Source: an uncultured bacterium (lineage in GTDB: Bacteria; Oederibacteriota; Oederibacteriia; Oederibacteriales; Oederibacteriaceae). From it: DNA of 64,000 nt. Shown here in pieces: positions 35,280 to 45,460 of the stretch. Every line of letters starts with the position of its first letter. Positions within the stretch are counted from its first letter, which is position 1. Location of the stretch: NCBI GenBank assembly GCA_965112635.1, contig OZ218778.1, positions 896,001-960,000 of the forward strand, in the 5' to 3' direction. The notes under the pieces were generated by a model. The model saw nothing but the letters and a program-made list of their open reading frames with translations, did no database searches and was not told where the DNA came from. Made by a program: the position numbers and the translations under genes.

Positions 35280-37265
35280 ATGAAAATATCTTTGCGGGTC
35301 CCTCTGCTGGTCTGGCTGGACGACGGCCATTGCGCGGAATTGCTCACCCGGCTGGAGCGTTACCGCGAGACCGTCAAGGAGCTGGCGCTTTTCACGGGCA
35401 TGACGCACCCGGCCCTGCCGGAAAAGGTCATGATGGAGCGGGCCAAGAGGCTCAACGAGGTGATCCCCTTGTTCAAAAGGGCGGGACTTACGACCGGCAT
35501 CAACCACCTGGCCACTTTGGGTCATTTGCCGGAAAACCTTCCCAATTCCCTGAGCGAGCCCTGGCAGCGCATGGTCAACCTGGACGGGGTGGTCGGCGAC
35601 GGCGTCTACTGCAGCGCGGACCCCATGATGCAGCAGTATATCAGCCGGGTTTACGCCAGCCTGGCCCGGACCAAACCGGATTTCATCTGGATCGATGACG
35701 ATGTCAGGCTCGAAGGACACGGGGTCGGCATGGCCATGTCCTGTTTTTGCGAGCGGTGCCTGGCTGATTTTTCCAGCCAGACCAACAAGACCTGGACGCG
35801 GAAGGGTTTACAAGACGCCTTTACGGGAGGCGGCCGGGCAGAACGACTGGCCCTGCGGAAAAAATGGCTGGAGCACAACCGCCGCTATCTCGATGACCTT
35901 TTCCGTTTGATACGCACTGCCGTGGACACCGTGGATACCGGCCTTGTCCTCGGTTACATGACTTGCGATTTCACCTACAGCGGCATGGATTTTGAGCGCT
36001 GGTTCCAGACCCTGGCCGGCAAGCAGGGTAATGAGGTCAAAAACCGGCCTGGCGGAGGTTTTTATTCCGACGATATGCCGGTCGGGTTCATGGCCAAGGC
36101 GCATGTGACCGGCCGTCAGGTGGCGGCCCTGCCGGAGAGCGTGGCCGACATCCAGTACGAGCTGGAGAATTTCCCTTACCAGCGTTTGCAAAAAAGCTCG
36201 GCTGTTTTCCTGGCCGAGATCACGGCAGCCCTGGGCGTGGGCTGCACAGGCGTGGCCCTCAACTGCCTGGGCTATCCGGAGCAGATGGCCGAACTCGAGC
36301 CGTATTTTCAGTCCGTGCAGGAGCACCGGCCTTTTTTGGAGCGCTATACGGATCTGGTAGGCCAAAGCCCCTGCGAAGGCCTGTGGTTCGCCAGCCACAA
36401 GGACCGCTGCGCCAGTCTGATGCCGGACGCTGACTGGCTGCAAGCGCCTTTGTTCGGGAGCGACCTGGTCCCGGGCACGCCTTTATCGGAAATAGGCCTG
36501 CCTTTCGCTTACAAGAGCGCTAAAGCGGCCGTTACGGTCCTGATGGGTGACCAGGTGTTGTCCTTTTCCAAGGAGGAGCTTAGTCAAATGCTCGGGGCCG
36601 GTGTTTTGATGGATGGAGCGGCCCTTACGCGGGTGCAGGAAGCGGGTCTGGGAGAGCTTACAGGGTTTAAAGTCAAGGAAACCAAGGTCAGGGATGTTGT
36701 CGAGCGGTATGTGAGCGACCCCCTGGCCGCCAGGTTCTCGGGCTGGCAGCGGGACTGCCGTCAGTCCTTTTGGCCGCAGACCGCGTATATTTTAGAACCG
36801 CTTTCCAGCAAGGCCCGCGTTCTCTCCGAAGCCGTGGATTACACGCCTGTGGCCAGCGGGCCGGTGAGCGGGATATTTGAGAATAGTTCAGGAGGGCGGG
36901 TGGGTATTTTAGGCTACTACCCCTGGAACTCCATGTATTCGCTGGCCTGGACCTCGGTCCTTAAATCTTTGTGTTGCTGGCTTTCCCAGGACACCCTGCC
37001 GGCCTATGTGGAGTCGTACCATAAGGTCGGAGTATGGTGCCGCAGGACAAAAAACAGTGAGCCGGCCGTCCTGCTCATCAACCTGTCTTTGGACGAGGCC
37101 AAGGATATAGACCTGATGGTCAAAGGGTCTTTCCAGAAAGTGACCCTCATCAGCCCCGGAGCGCAGGACAAAGCGGTCAGAGGTAACCTAGACAACGGCT
37201 ACACCAGGGTCAAGATCCCCAGCCTCAGTCCCTTTAATGCCGCTATATTTGTGGCAAAATCTTAA
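35280..37265 (+). CDS. Hypothetical protein, probable TIM-barrel glycoside hydrolase-like domain plus trimerisation/GATase-like domain
   Basis: 661-aa ORF with PDFIWIDDD.R and CFC..C (GH42-like Zn-site pattern) and RPGGGFY. Family unassigned. Confidence 0.55.
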   Translation: MKISLRVPLLVWLDDGHCAELLTRLERYRETVKELALFTGMTHPALPEKVMMERAKRLNEVIPLFKRAGLTTGINHLATLGHLPENLPNSLSEPWQRMVNLDGVVGDGVYCSADPMMQQYISRVYASLARTKPDFIWIDDDVRLEGHGVGMAMSCFCERCLADFSSQTNKTWTRKGLQDAFTGGGRAERLALRKKWLEHNRRYLDDLFRLIRTAVDTVDTGLVLGYMTCDFTYSGMDFERWFQTLAGKQGNEVKNRPGGGFYSDDMPVGFMAKAHVTGRQVAALPESVADIQYELENFPYQRLQKSSAVFLAEITAALGVGCTGVALNCLGYPEQMAELEPYFQSVQEHRPFLERYTDLVGQSPCEGLWFASHKDRCASLMPDADWLQAPLFGSDLVPGTPLSEIGLPFAYKSAKAAVTVLMGDQVLSFSKEELSQMLGAGVLMDGAALTRVQEAGLGELTGFKVKETKVRDVVERYVSDPLAARFSGWQRDCRQSFWPQTAYILEPLSSKARVLSEAVDYTPVASGPVSGIFENSSGGRVGILGYYPWNSMYSLAWTSVLKSLCCWLSQDTLPAYVESYHKVGVWCRRTKNSEPAVLLINLSLDEAKDIDLMVKGSFQKVTLISPGAQDKAVRGNLDNGYTRVKIPSLSPFNAAIFVAKS

Positions 37266-37301
37266 TTACCGAATGACGCTTTGGGAAAGGAGCTTTTTTT
37301 A

Positions 37302-38576
37302 ATGAGCCAGTCAGCGTGGCAGGTCACCAAAGAAGAAAGGGAATACCTGAAAAACCTGGCGGCCAAGCAGGCCGCATACGCCAAGCTGCCGGTCATGGCC
37401 AAACGCAAGCAGCAGTGGACAGACCTCAACGACTTTAACGCCATCGTCAAACCGCCCATTGTCATCGAGACCTGGACCTTTGACCGGGATTTTATGCCAG
37501 GGTCAGTTTTCCGCTGCACCACGGAAACGGGCCGGGACATCGAGGGCCAGCTTTTAAAGCATATCCGCAACTACGAGCTTATCGGAGACGACAAAGTCAT
37601 GCCCGACACCTTTGACATCAGCTGGTTCGCGGATATAGACCAGTTCGGTATTGAGATACCGCGGGAAACCCTGCCGGACAGCCAGGGCGTGGAAACAGGC
37701 TACCGCTGGGACCATCCCATCAAGGATATTGAAAAGGATTTTGGCAAGCTCAAGCCCGTCACCTGCAAAGTGGACAGGGAAAAAACAAGGGCATGGCAGG
37801 CTTTTGTCCAGGAGATCGTGGGGGACTCCCTAGCGGTCCGGATCCGGACCTGGCCCTACGGGGCCACCATGCTGACCAATAGCGTCATCATGCTCATGGG
37901 CATGGAAAGATTTTTCACGGCCATGACCGACAACCCCGAGGCCGTGCACCGCCTGATGGCTTATTTGCGGGACAACTGCCTTTTTTCCATGCGCTGGGCG
38001 GAAAAAGAGGGGCTCCTGAGGGCCAACAGCGGGAACCAGGACAGTTTTGGCTCCAGCTACAACTTCACCCGCAGGCTGCCTCCGGACACGGAGGATGTAG
38101 CGGTCAAATTAAACCAGATGTGGGGAGCGGCCAACAGCCAGGAAACAGTCGGGATATCGCCCTCCATGTTCGGCGAATTTTGCTTTCCCTACTACGAAAA
38201 AGTGTGCGAGCCTTTGGGGCTCCTGTATTACGGCTGCTGCGAGCCGGTGCATGTCCACTGGGCCTACATCAGCCGTTTGCCCCACCTGACCAAGGTGTCC
38301 ATCTCCAAATGGTGCAACCAGCGTTTCGTGGCGGACGCGGTGAGGGGCAAGAACATCGTCATGTCCCGCAAGCCCGACCCCAACCTTTTGGGCGTCAACC
38401 CCAAGCTCGACGAAGAGGCCTGGAGCGCTCATATCCGGGAGACTTTGGAGCTCACCCAGGGCGTGCCCCTGGAAATCCTGGTCAGGGATGTTTATACGGT
38501 GCACGGCGACCTTACTAAGCCCAAGAGGGCCGTGGAACTGGCCAGGCAGGAGATAGAAAAGCACTGGAGACCGTAG
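37302..38576 (+). CDS. Uroporphyrinogen decarboxylase / methyltransferase (MtaA-like) fold protein
   Basis: LMGME.FF..M.DNPE.VHRLM, SQETVGISP.MF.EF..PYY and YYGCCEP motifs. SD AAGGAG. Confidence 0.7.
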   Translation: MSQSAWQVTKEEREYLKNLAAKQAAYAKLPVMAKRKQQWTDLNDFNAIVKPPIVIETWTFDRDFMPGSVFRCTTETGRDIEGQLLKHIRNYELIGDDKVMPDTFDISWFADIDQFGIEIPRETLPDSQGVETGYRWDHPIKDIEKDFGKLKPVTCKVDREKTRAWQAFVQEIVGDSLAVRIRTWPYGATMLTNSVIMLMGMERFFTAMTDNPEAVHRLMAYLRDNCLFSMRWAEKEGLLRANSGNQDSFGSSYNFTRRLPPDTEDVAVKLNQMWGAANSQETVGISPSMFGEFCFPYYEKVCEPLGLLYYGCCEPVHVHWAYISRLPHLTKVSISKWCNQRFVADAVRGKNIVMSRKPDPNLLGVNPKLDEEAWSAHIRETLELTQGVPLEILVRDVYTVHGDLTKPKRAVELARQEIEKHWRP

Positions 38577-38990
38577 CATCTTTGGGTCAGGTTTGCCTCT
38601 TAGGATCGAGTGGTTTATGGCTCCCACAATTTATGACAAGTGTATGCCGAAGCACCCTTGGCTTCGGTGCGGGTCTCGCTGGCATGAAGCCAGCGGCCCC
38701 GTGACAACCACCCTGGCTTCCTTTTCCGCAATTTTATCCAGGAGGGTTTTTAGCCCTGCATTTCATCCCTAGAATCAGTAAATCTGTAATCCTGGATTTG
38801 TAACTTTTACGTTTGCGTAAATGTGAAAGTGACAATTTTCAACGTCTTGGCAGGTAGCGCTAGAGCAGGGAAAAGATCAGAGGAAAATCTTGACATGTGA
38901 CTTTCAAAAAATGAAGGTTCAGTAATAAACCTGAATATTTAAATTTATTTACTTATTATCTAAGTCGCACTAACTATTAAAAATTAATTT

Positions 38991-39839
38991 TTACCAGAGA
39001 AGACCCACGTTTACATTGACTGTACTGAAGGAACCCGTTTTCATTAAATAATCAACATAGAAGTTACTACTTACAGTATCAATTTGTCTTATAACAAAAT
39101 TAAGATTTAAAAGTAGACTTAAACTATCGTTTAGCTTAAAAGCATATCCGCCGCCTAAAAGAATTCCTAGGCCTGAACCATTCGCCTGATAATTTGAATA
39201 GGTATCTTGAGCCAAAATTGATGCTAATCCTAAATCTCCCCTAAAAAATAAACCGCTGCCTATTTGTTCAAGAGGAAAATACATAGCGCTGAAAGAGTAC
39301 AAATATTGAAATAAATATAAGTGTTCGCCTGTAATAGAACTGTTATAACTATCACCTGTTCCGTTGATAATAAATCCAAGTAGCCACTGTTTTTCATCAC
39401 CTACAGGCCAATAGAAGCCTAAAAAATCTAAGCTCACAGGTAGGTCTTGTGAAGCACCCGGAACTTGCTTTACAAGATTAAGTGTGTTTTGTGTGTTTGA
39501 AGGGTATCCTACACCACTTAACCCAAGACCTAATAGGTTTGCATACCATCCTTTTTCCCAGAATTCTCTTTTTCGGTTCATTGATGAACCTGCCAAGTTT
39601 GTTACTGATCTCTTATTTTGGTTTACGCTGGCAACAGGTTTCCCATTAAGAGTACTAATGTCATTCCATTCGATTTGAAAGACCCTGTCTTCTGTGGTTT
39701 TGATTCTGACATACTCATTCAATTGAATATCTTGGATATTTCCAGATATAACTTCCCCGTCTTTTTTTATTATTTCTGCACCAAATGCAAAAGTTATATT
39801 TAATAAAATGACAAAAATAATAACCAAACATTTCTTCAT
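38991..39839 (-). CDS. Hypothetical exported protein, probable outer-membrane beta-barrel; low GC
   Basis: Signal peptide, beta-strand pattern, and a terminal aromatic residue (VNVNVGLLW). Confidence 0.65.
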   Translation of the reverse strand: MKKCLVIIFVILLNITFAFGAEIIKKDGEVISGNIQDIQLNEYVRIKTTEDRVFQIEWNDISTLNGKPVASVNQNKRSVTNLAGSSMNRKREFWEKGWYANLLGLGLSGVGYPSNTQNTLNLVKQVPGASQDLPVSLDFLGFYWPVGDEKQWLLGFIINGTGDSYNSSITGEHLYLFQYLYSFSAMYFPLEQIGSGLFFRGDLGLASILAQDTYSNYQANGSGLGILLGGGYAFKLNDSLSLLLNLNFVIRQIDTVSSNFYVDYLMKTGSFSTVNVNVGLLW

Positions 39840-39972
39840 TTCCCCCCCCCGTTATTCCTATTTAAAGGCTAAAAGATATTATAGCTTGCCTGTAGTGTTC
39901 ACGTAATTCTTTCCGGTACAAAGTGTTAGGCAGGGGCCCCGCCTCCCAAAATTCCGCAATTTTTTCGCCTGA

Positions 39973-40209
39973 TTATTTGCCGATATTTTTTAAAGCCTCC
40001 CTCACTGCCTCGCATTGGTCCTGCCTGACCATCAGCACCGCCGGGCCCATCAGGACAGACCACTGGCTCAGGTATTCACCGGTAAAGTAATAGGTCTGGC
40101 CTTCCCGCAGACCGATGCTTTCCAGCATGGATTTGATGAGGGCGATTTCAGCGGCATTGGTGGTGGCTAATACCTTCTCAAATCTTTCTTCCGCCTCAGC
40201 AGAGGACAA
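39973..40209 (-). CDS. DUF2007-like small putative signal-transducing protein
   Basis: TTG start after GAGGAGG. V..T.N.AE..LIKS.LES.G and LMVR..Q.E..RE.L pattern. Confidence 0.7.
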   Translation of the reverse strand: MSSAEAEERFEKVLATTNAAEIALIKSMLESIGLREGQTYYFTGEYLSQWSVLMGPAVLMVRQDQCEAVREALKNIGK

Positions 40210-40306
40210 GGCAAACCTCCTCAGTCGAACTGTAAAGTTGTATCTTCAAGCTTGCGTGCCAGCATACTTCAGCGAGATGCCGAAAGAAAAGGGAATTCGG
40301 CACCAA

Positions 40307-40894
40307 TTATTTGGCCTGTTCTTTCAGATAATTGGGCAGAAGGGACTCCAGGGCGCTTTTTTCCGTGTCTATTTTGGCGAGGGCCTCGGTGAATTCAAAA
40401 TCCTCCTCGTCCAGGGGCCAGACAATGATGGTGCTTTTTGTGGTGGAAAAGGTCTGGCCGTTGGAGCTCACGATCTTCCTGTCAGAGGGCAAGAAAAGGT
40501 AAATTTCGTCCTGGATGACCATAAAGCGGTAGTCCTTGCCGAAGGACAGAAGGATATTGGTCTTGTCCGGCTTGTTTTTGAAATCCAGGAGCGTGTAGGT
40601 CACCTTGCCGGATAAGCCCTTATTTTCCTGGTATAAGGAGCGCGACACTTCTTTAAACAATGTTGGAACGCTCTCTTCTTTATGGGACCGCAGTTCGTCC
40701 TTGAGCTTGGTCCAGTCCGCTGAGACGCTGTAGTCCTTGTTGTCCGGTTCTTTCATGGAGCAGAGGTCGTGGAAGGTCAGCTTCAGGGTGCCGGTCTTGT
40801 CGTCAAAAAGGAACGATTCGCTTTTATAGATGACGCAGCCGGAAAGGGAAAAAACAACCAGAAGCCCCAAAAGCACGATCTTTAACTTGTTCAT
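40307..40894 (-). CDS. Hypothetical lipoprotein
   Basis: ATG at 40894 after AAGGAGG. Lipobox LSGC. Confidence 0.75.
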   Translation of the reverse strand: MNKLKIVLLGLLVVFSLSGCVIYKSESFLFDDKTGTLKLTFHDLCSMKEPDNKDYSVSADWTKLKDELRSHKEESVPTLFKEVSRSLYQENKGLSGKVTYTLLDFKNKPDKTNILLSFGKDYRFMVIQDEIYLFLPSDRKIVSSNGQTFSTTKSTIIVWPLDEEDFEFTEALAKIDTEKSALESLLPNYLKEQAK

Positions 40895-41000
40895 ATCTGC
40901 CTCCTTAAAATTTAGTATCGGTAATTTTAACCCCTGGCTGGAGCAGTTGCAAGAAGGCAAGTCTAGCCAGGAACAGGGCCCAGCCTTACGCGCTAAAGTG

Positions 41001-41708
41001 TCAAAAAGGAACAGCCAAAATGGTTGAGGAATAGAAATAAGAGGTGTTTTTGTCACTGCAGATCTGGCTAAGGTTATATTGGGCATAGGCGTGGCCTACG
41101 GCATAGCCCAGGGCAGCCCCAAAGACAACATCAGAAAGATAGTGGACATTGACAGCCAGACGGCAAACGCCGGTATAGCCCGCCAGCAGGAGGGTCGGCA
41201 CCCCGACCCAGGGGCCGTAAAAGTCCATGAGGCTGGCGGCGGAAGCGAACATGATGGAAGTATGGCCGGAAGGGAAAGAGGTCAGGCTGCCGTGGTCAGG
41301 CCGGTCACGCCGAAAAAGCACTTTCAAGACTTCGGTATAAATGCCGGTGGCGGCCAAAGTTTCCAGGTGGGTCTGGCCGGCTCTTTGGTCATAGGAATGG
41401 TCGCCCCAAGCTCCGGCGCAAAGGGTGCCCAGGCCAGTAATACCGCCGGCTATTCCTGTGCCCAGATAGTCGTTGCCGACGGTTTCCCAGCCTCCCAGCC
41501 GGTTGTGGCCTTTGAAATAATCTTCCACAGATTTGTCCAAATACAGGGCTCCGACTGCGGCGGCTGTCCCGGTACCCAGGATAATGAGATCGTCCTGGCT
41601 CACCAGATACTTGGAGCCGTTCCAAAAATGGTTCCACTCAGTCTCGGCCCGCAAACCCCGGCTGGTGAACAAGACTATAAGGATGAGCAATAGTTTGGTT
41701 AATTTCAT
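41001..41708 (-). CDS. PAP2-family phosphatase
   Basis: K....R.RP, SFPSGH and R....HYLSDV motifs. Confidence 0.9.
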   Translation of the reverse strand: MKLTKLLLILIVLFTSRGLRAETEWNHFWNGSKYLVSQDDLIILGTGTAAAVGALYLDKSVEDYFKGHNRLGGWETVGNDYLGTGIAGGITGLGTLCAGAWGDHSYDQRAGQTHLETLAATGIYTEVLKVLFRRDRPDHGSLTSFPSGHTSIMFASAASLMDFYGPWVGVPTLLLAGYTGVCRLAVNVHYLSDVVFGAALGYAVGHAYAQYNLSQICSDKNTSYFYSSTILAVPF

Positions 41709-41754
41709 GAGGACATCTTACAACATTTAGGAGGGTTGTTTACAGCCGGCCAAT

Positions 41755-43362
41755 TCAATTGATAATCGTGAGTTTTTGGCGCATCTTCAGATGGGAGGAC
41801 CGGACAAAGTAAAAGTACATGCCCGTAGCCACCACCTTGCCGCTGCTGTCCTTGCCGTCCCATCTGGCCCATCCCTCGGTGGCATGGATGCCCGCGACCG
41901 GGACCGTGGCCACTGTTTCACCCACGAGATTGACCACGTAGATGACCACATCGTTGGCCGGTTCAGGCGGGAAAGCAAAGGTCACATAGTTTTGCTTGTC
42001 GAAATCAACCGGGTTGGGATAGCTGTAGGTCTGCTGGGGCGGGGTGGGCACGGTCGTGGGGGTGTTGGTGATGGTGCCTGTCGGCGTTATCGTGCTGGTT
42101 GACATAGGTGTGGGAGGCGTCACGACCATAGTGGCTGTGCTGGTCGGAAGCGGCGGCGGAGTCGCGGAAGCGGTGGCTGTGTTGGTGCTGGTCGAGCCTG
42201 GCGGGACCGTGGAAGTATCGGTGACCGTGCAAGTGTTCGTGCTGGTGAACATCACAGGCGGGGTAGGGGTGGAGGTGGGGCCGCCTGGAGTAGGCGAAGA
42301 GGTCGGAGTGCCGGTCAGGCATCCCCAGGTGCCGTCCCAGGGAACGCCTTGCAAGCCGAGGTTATAAAGACATTGAACCTCTGCGGGACTAAGAGATTCA
42401 TTGTTCCATAGGATAAATTCAGCGACACCCAGGGTACAGCCTAATTCAGCGCCCCCGCCGAGCCACTCCCCGATCTCCCATCCGTCCGAATCCTGTCCTG
42501 CAACAAAATTGTTTATCTGGAATCCTCCGGACCAGGCATAACCAGCCGGGGGGTTGGGAGCGGTCTGGTACTGCGCTTCAACGCCGTTGAAATAAAATTT
42601 AAATAATCCAGCCGTAGGGTCCGCGCTGACCACGATATGGACCCAGTGCCCTCCAGCCGCCACGTAATAGGGCAGAGGAGCTTTGGGGGAGTAGGCGTGA
42701 GCGCCTCCCAAGCCTCCTCCGATGTCCTCCGTATACCACCTGCCGGGATCGCCAAAATCATGGATCCTTCCGTCCATAGGGCCGGAACGGAGAAGGGCCA
42801 TATCACCCTGTTCCTCTACATAAGCGGGGTTTCCTCCGCTATTTTGAGTTTGGAGAAGATACCAGATGGAGATGGCGAATTGGTTCATGGTCCCTCCGGA
42901 AGCGCCGACCAGGACCGTGTCCAATCCGGGAAAGTGGACCCAGTTGTACGGAGCGGGATCAGTAGAGCTGCTGGCAGAGTGGACCGCCAGGGCATGCGGG
43001 CCGACCGGCGTGTTGATCCCAGGGTTCAAGCCGTTATTATTGACCAGGGTGCCGAAGGTCGCCCACCCGCTCTCATTGACCATCGGGTCGGTTTCGGTGG
43101 CCCCATTGTAATTTTTAAAAGGAATCATGGTGCTCTGATCGACCCCTGAAGTGGCCGTGGCATCATAACCTCTCAGGTTGGCGGGAACGGTCTGACCGGG
43201 AGCTTGATTGGCGGAAAAAGTCCCGGAGCTTTCATTGAAATGCCAGATGCCGATGACCGTGGCGCGGACAGGGATAGATTGGAATAAAAAACAGAATAGC
43301 AATATCCCCAGTCCTAATGCCAGAGGGGTTGGTTTGTAAGTTTTTGTTCCGGGCATGGTCAT
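41755..43362 (-). CDS. Secreted LamG/concanavalin-like protein with Thr/Pro linker and C-terminal FlgD-Ig/T9SS-CTD-like domain
   Basis: Signal peptide. GIWHFNE.SG, WVHIVV, FYFNG and LSPAEV..LY (LamG-like). C-terminal YSYPNP...WDGKD..GK.VATGMYFY. Confidence 0.75.
   Translation of the reverse strand: MTMPGTKTYKPTPLALGLGILLFCFLFQSIPVRATVIGIWHFNESSGTFSANQAPGQTVPANLRGYDATATSGVDQSTMIPFKNYNGATETDPMVNESGWATFGTLVNNNGLNPGINTPVGPHALAVHSASSSTDPAPYNWVHFPGLDTVLVGASGGTMNQFAISIWYLLQTQNSGGNPAYVEEQGDMALLRSGPMDGRIHDFGDPGRWYTEDIGGGLGGAHAYSPKAPLPYYVAAGGHWVHIVVSADPTAGLFKFYFNGVEAQYQTAPNPPAGYAWSGGFQINNFVAGQDSDGWEIGEWLGGGAELGCTLGVAEFILWNNESLSPAEVQCLYNLGLQGVPWDGTWGCLTGTPTSSPTPGGPTSTPTPPVMFTSTNTCTVTDTSTVPPGSTSTNTATASATPPPLPTSTATMVVTPPTPMSTSTITPTGTITNTPTTVPTPPQQTYSYPNPVDFDKQNYVTFAFPPEPANDVVIYVVNLVGETVATVPVAGIHATEGWARWDGKDSSGKVVATGMYFYFVRSSHLKMRQKLTIIN
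42040..42315 (-). repeat. Thr/Pro-rich linker coding region
   Basis: TPTSSPTPGGPTSTPTPP...TPTGTITNTPTTVPTPP. Confidence 0.8.
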
Positions 43363-43498
43363 AAAGGCTCCACCCTTTCCTACCTATTAGTCTATTAAAA
43401 CAGGAAAAAGTTGCAATCAAAGTGACTATTTTTCAAAAAATATTATTTACAGGGAAAGTGCAGAGGAAAACACCCAAAAAGCCTTTAAAAATGACTTT

Positions 43499-44812
43499 TT
43501 ATTTAAGGAAAAAAACGGGAATGACCCTTTTGTCACCGGATTTGAGGTTGTCCAGGGCCACGGGTGGCAGGGGGACCTGAACGCCATCAAGAAGTTGGAG
43601 GCTCAGGCCCAGATTTACCGACCCGGCAGGGACCAAGACCCTGGCCAGGTGGAAACGGGCCGGCAAGACCCTCCAGGAGCGCGTGTCCGCGGTCTCGGAC
43701 GCCAGTGTGTAAACATTGGTAATAAATGAGAACAGCGGATTATTGACCGCCTTGTCCACTTCCTGGGAGGCCAGATATTTGGCAGTGGCCCGGGCAATAG
43801 CCTTGGCGCTGATAAAGCCGATGCGCTGTTCCAGATTTTTAACGGCGATCTCCGCGATGTCCTCGGCAGGCCGGCTCTGTCCCAGGAGCGTGCCGCCGTT
43901 ATAGACGCTGAGGAACTTCACCCGATAGGGCCGCTTCACGAATTTGGGGAAGGCCACCTTGAGCAGGTAGGGATGGCCCTGGCTATCCTTGATCCAGACA
44001 TCAAGGCTGGTAGAGATCTTAAAAGGCGCCAGGCCGTCGTAAACGACGAAAAGCACCTCGGCCTTGGCCTGGTTATCCTGGAGGCTGGTGAAAGATGAGG
44101 TGTCCGTGTCTTTGAGATACTCCTTGACCTGGTCTCCCATGCCCAAAGGCGTGCCCGTGCGCCAGAGGTCCTCCAGGAGAAAGTCAGGGCGGCCGGTCTT
44201 GAATTCGCCTTGGTACTTGGCATAGGCCTTAAAGCTGTTCTTGTAGTCGATGAAGGCGTCGTTAGTGTTGCGGCCGGCCTCATAGGCGAATGCGGACAGG
44301 TAGCGGGCCAGGGCGTCCTCTGCGAACACGGCTTTTTTGCCGTACTTGTCCGAGAGGAGGTTGAGTTTATTGTTGACCTTGCGGGCCTCCACCTGGCTGT
44401 TGATCCAATCGCCCAGGTAGAGGTAGTTAAGGCACTTAAGGACGTTGATGTAAACCTGCTCGAAATCCTCGCCGGAGTACGGCAGGGTGAGGTCGTTGCT
44501 GAGCATGGCCGTGACCTCGCCTGTGACGCTCTTGGTGTAAAGCTGGTCGATCAAGATGTCCGCAGCGTCAAGGGCCTTGTTGCTCCTGGCGAAGTCCCCC
44601 TGCATCTGCAGAAGGGAGCCCATGTCCAGGTCATAGAGCAGTTTGCTCGGGCCCTCGTAATTCTTTGCCGATCTTTCTATGTCCGCCACGCCGTCCGCGT
44701 AGCGGTCCGACACGATCTCGGAGTCCAGCTGAGCATAGTAGTTGATCCCGGCGCATCCCGCGGCGGCTATCAGGGCCGCCAGCAGGATGATCCGGAACTT
44801 GTTTTTTAACAT
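43499..44812 (-). CDS. COG3014-like TPR lipoprotein
   Basis: Lipobox AAGC. LLY.LD.G.L, PY.GEDFE, VEARK and E.ADTRSW..LP motifs. Confidence 0.8.
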   Translation of the reverse strand: MLKNKFRIILLAALIAAAGCAGINYYAQLDSEIVSDRYADGVADIERSAKNYEGPSKLLYDLDMGSLLQMQGDFARSNKALDAADILIDQLYTKSVTGEVTAMLSNDLTLPYSGEDFEQVYINVLKCLNYLYLGDWINSQVEARKVNNKLNLLSDKYGKKAVFAEDALARYLSAFAYEAGRNTNDAFIDYKNSFKAYAKYQGEFKTGRPDFLLEDLWRTGTPLGMGDQVKEYLKDTDTSSFTSLQDNQAKAEVLFVVYDGLAPFKISTSLDVWIKDSQGHPYLLKVAFPKFVKRPYRVKFLSVYNGGTLLGQSRPAEDIAEIAVKNLEQRIGFISAKAIARATAKYLASQEVDKAVNNPLFSFITNVYTLASETADTRSWRVLPARFHLARVLVPAGSVNLGLSLQLLDGVQVPLPPVALDNLKSGDKRVIPVFFLK

Positions 44813-44819
44813 TGTTATT

Positions 44820-45422
44820 TTAGAAACCCATACCGCTCTTCTCAATGATCTTCTTGATCTTTTTCTGGCCCAACCAGACTTTGGTATTGGTGGCCATATC
44901 GGTCAGGGTCATATCCACCTGGTAATAAACGGCCTTGGTGCCTTCCTTCTGGTCGGTCACTGAGGAGATGATCCCCTGCATCATGTAATCAGCACCGATC
45001 TCTTGCTTGAAAGCCTTTTTGGTCGCATCCGAAGCATAATCCTGCTGGTCCGTGCGCTCGTCGCGGACTTCCTGGCGCTGATCTTTATTGGACACGAAGG
45101 TCACCTGGCCGGAGTTGGTCAGGTCGCGTTCAATATCGCCCTGGAACACATCAATAGCGATATGCTCGTCCGTTTTATTGACTATCGTGCCCACGATGAC
45201 CGTCGGGTTCTTGCCGCTAGCCTTCATAAAATTGGTCAGCCACGGGTAGGTCAGGGCTTCTTTGACCATTTCCTCGGATACAAGGTGCGAATCCGTGTCG
45301 TTCCAGCGTCCGGACAAGTCGGTGATGGTGTTCTCATTTACTCGCTGTACCGCGGTGCCGCCGCAGCTTATCAAGCTGCCGGCCACCACAACGATAAACA
45401 TTAGCAAAATTACCTTTCTCAT
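44820..45422 (-). CDS. lpoB: LpoB-family lipoprotein (PBP activator / CsgG-like fold)
   Basis: Lipobox LISC. DLSGRWNDTD, NKTDEHI, GADYMMQG.I and YYQVD..L motifs. Confidence 0.75.
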   Translation of the reverse strand: MRKVILLMFIVVVAGSLISCGGTAVQRVNENTITDLSGRWNDTDSHLVSEEMVKEALTYPWLTNFMKASGKNPTVIVGTIVNKTDEHIAIDVFQGDIERDLTNSGQVTFVSNKDQRQEVRDERTDQQDYASDATKKAFKQEIGADYMMQGIISSVTDQKEGTKAVYYQVDMTLTDMATNTKVWLGQKKIKKIIEKSGMGF

Positions 45423-45460
45423 CGATTCCTCCTTTATTAAATAGGTTTATTCCAGGCTGT

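Noticed and set aside
39895-39910. parS site (TGTTCACGT...)
   Set aside because: Only a partial match to TGTTTCACGTGAAACA and not palindromic.
38960-39935. Integron attC cassette
   Set aside because: The core-like motifs are about 950 bp apart and enclose the gene instead of forming a short hairpin after it. No integron integrase is in the window.
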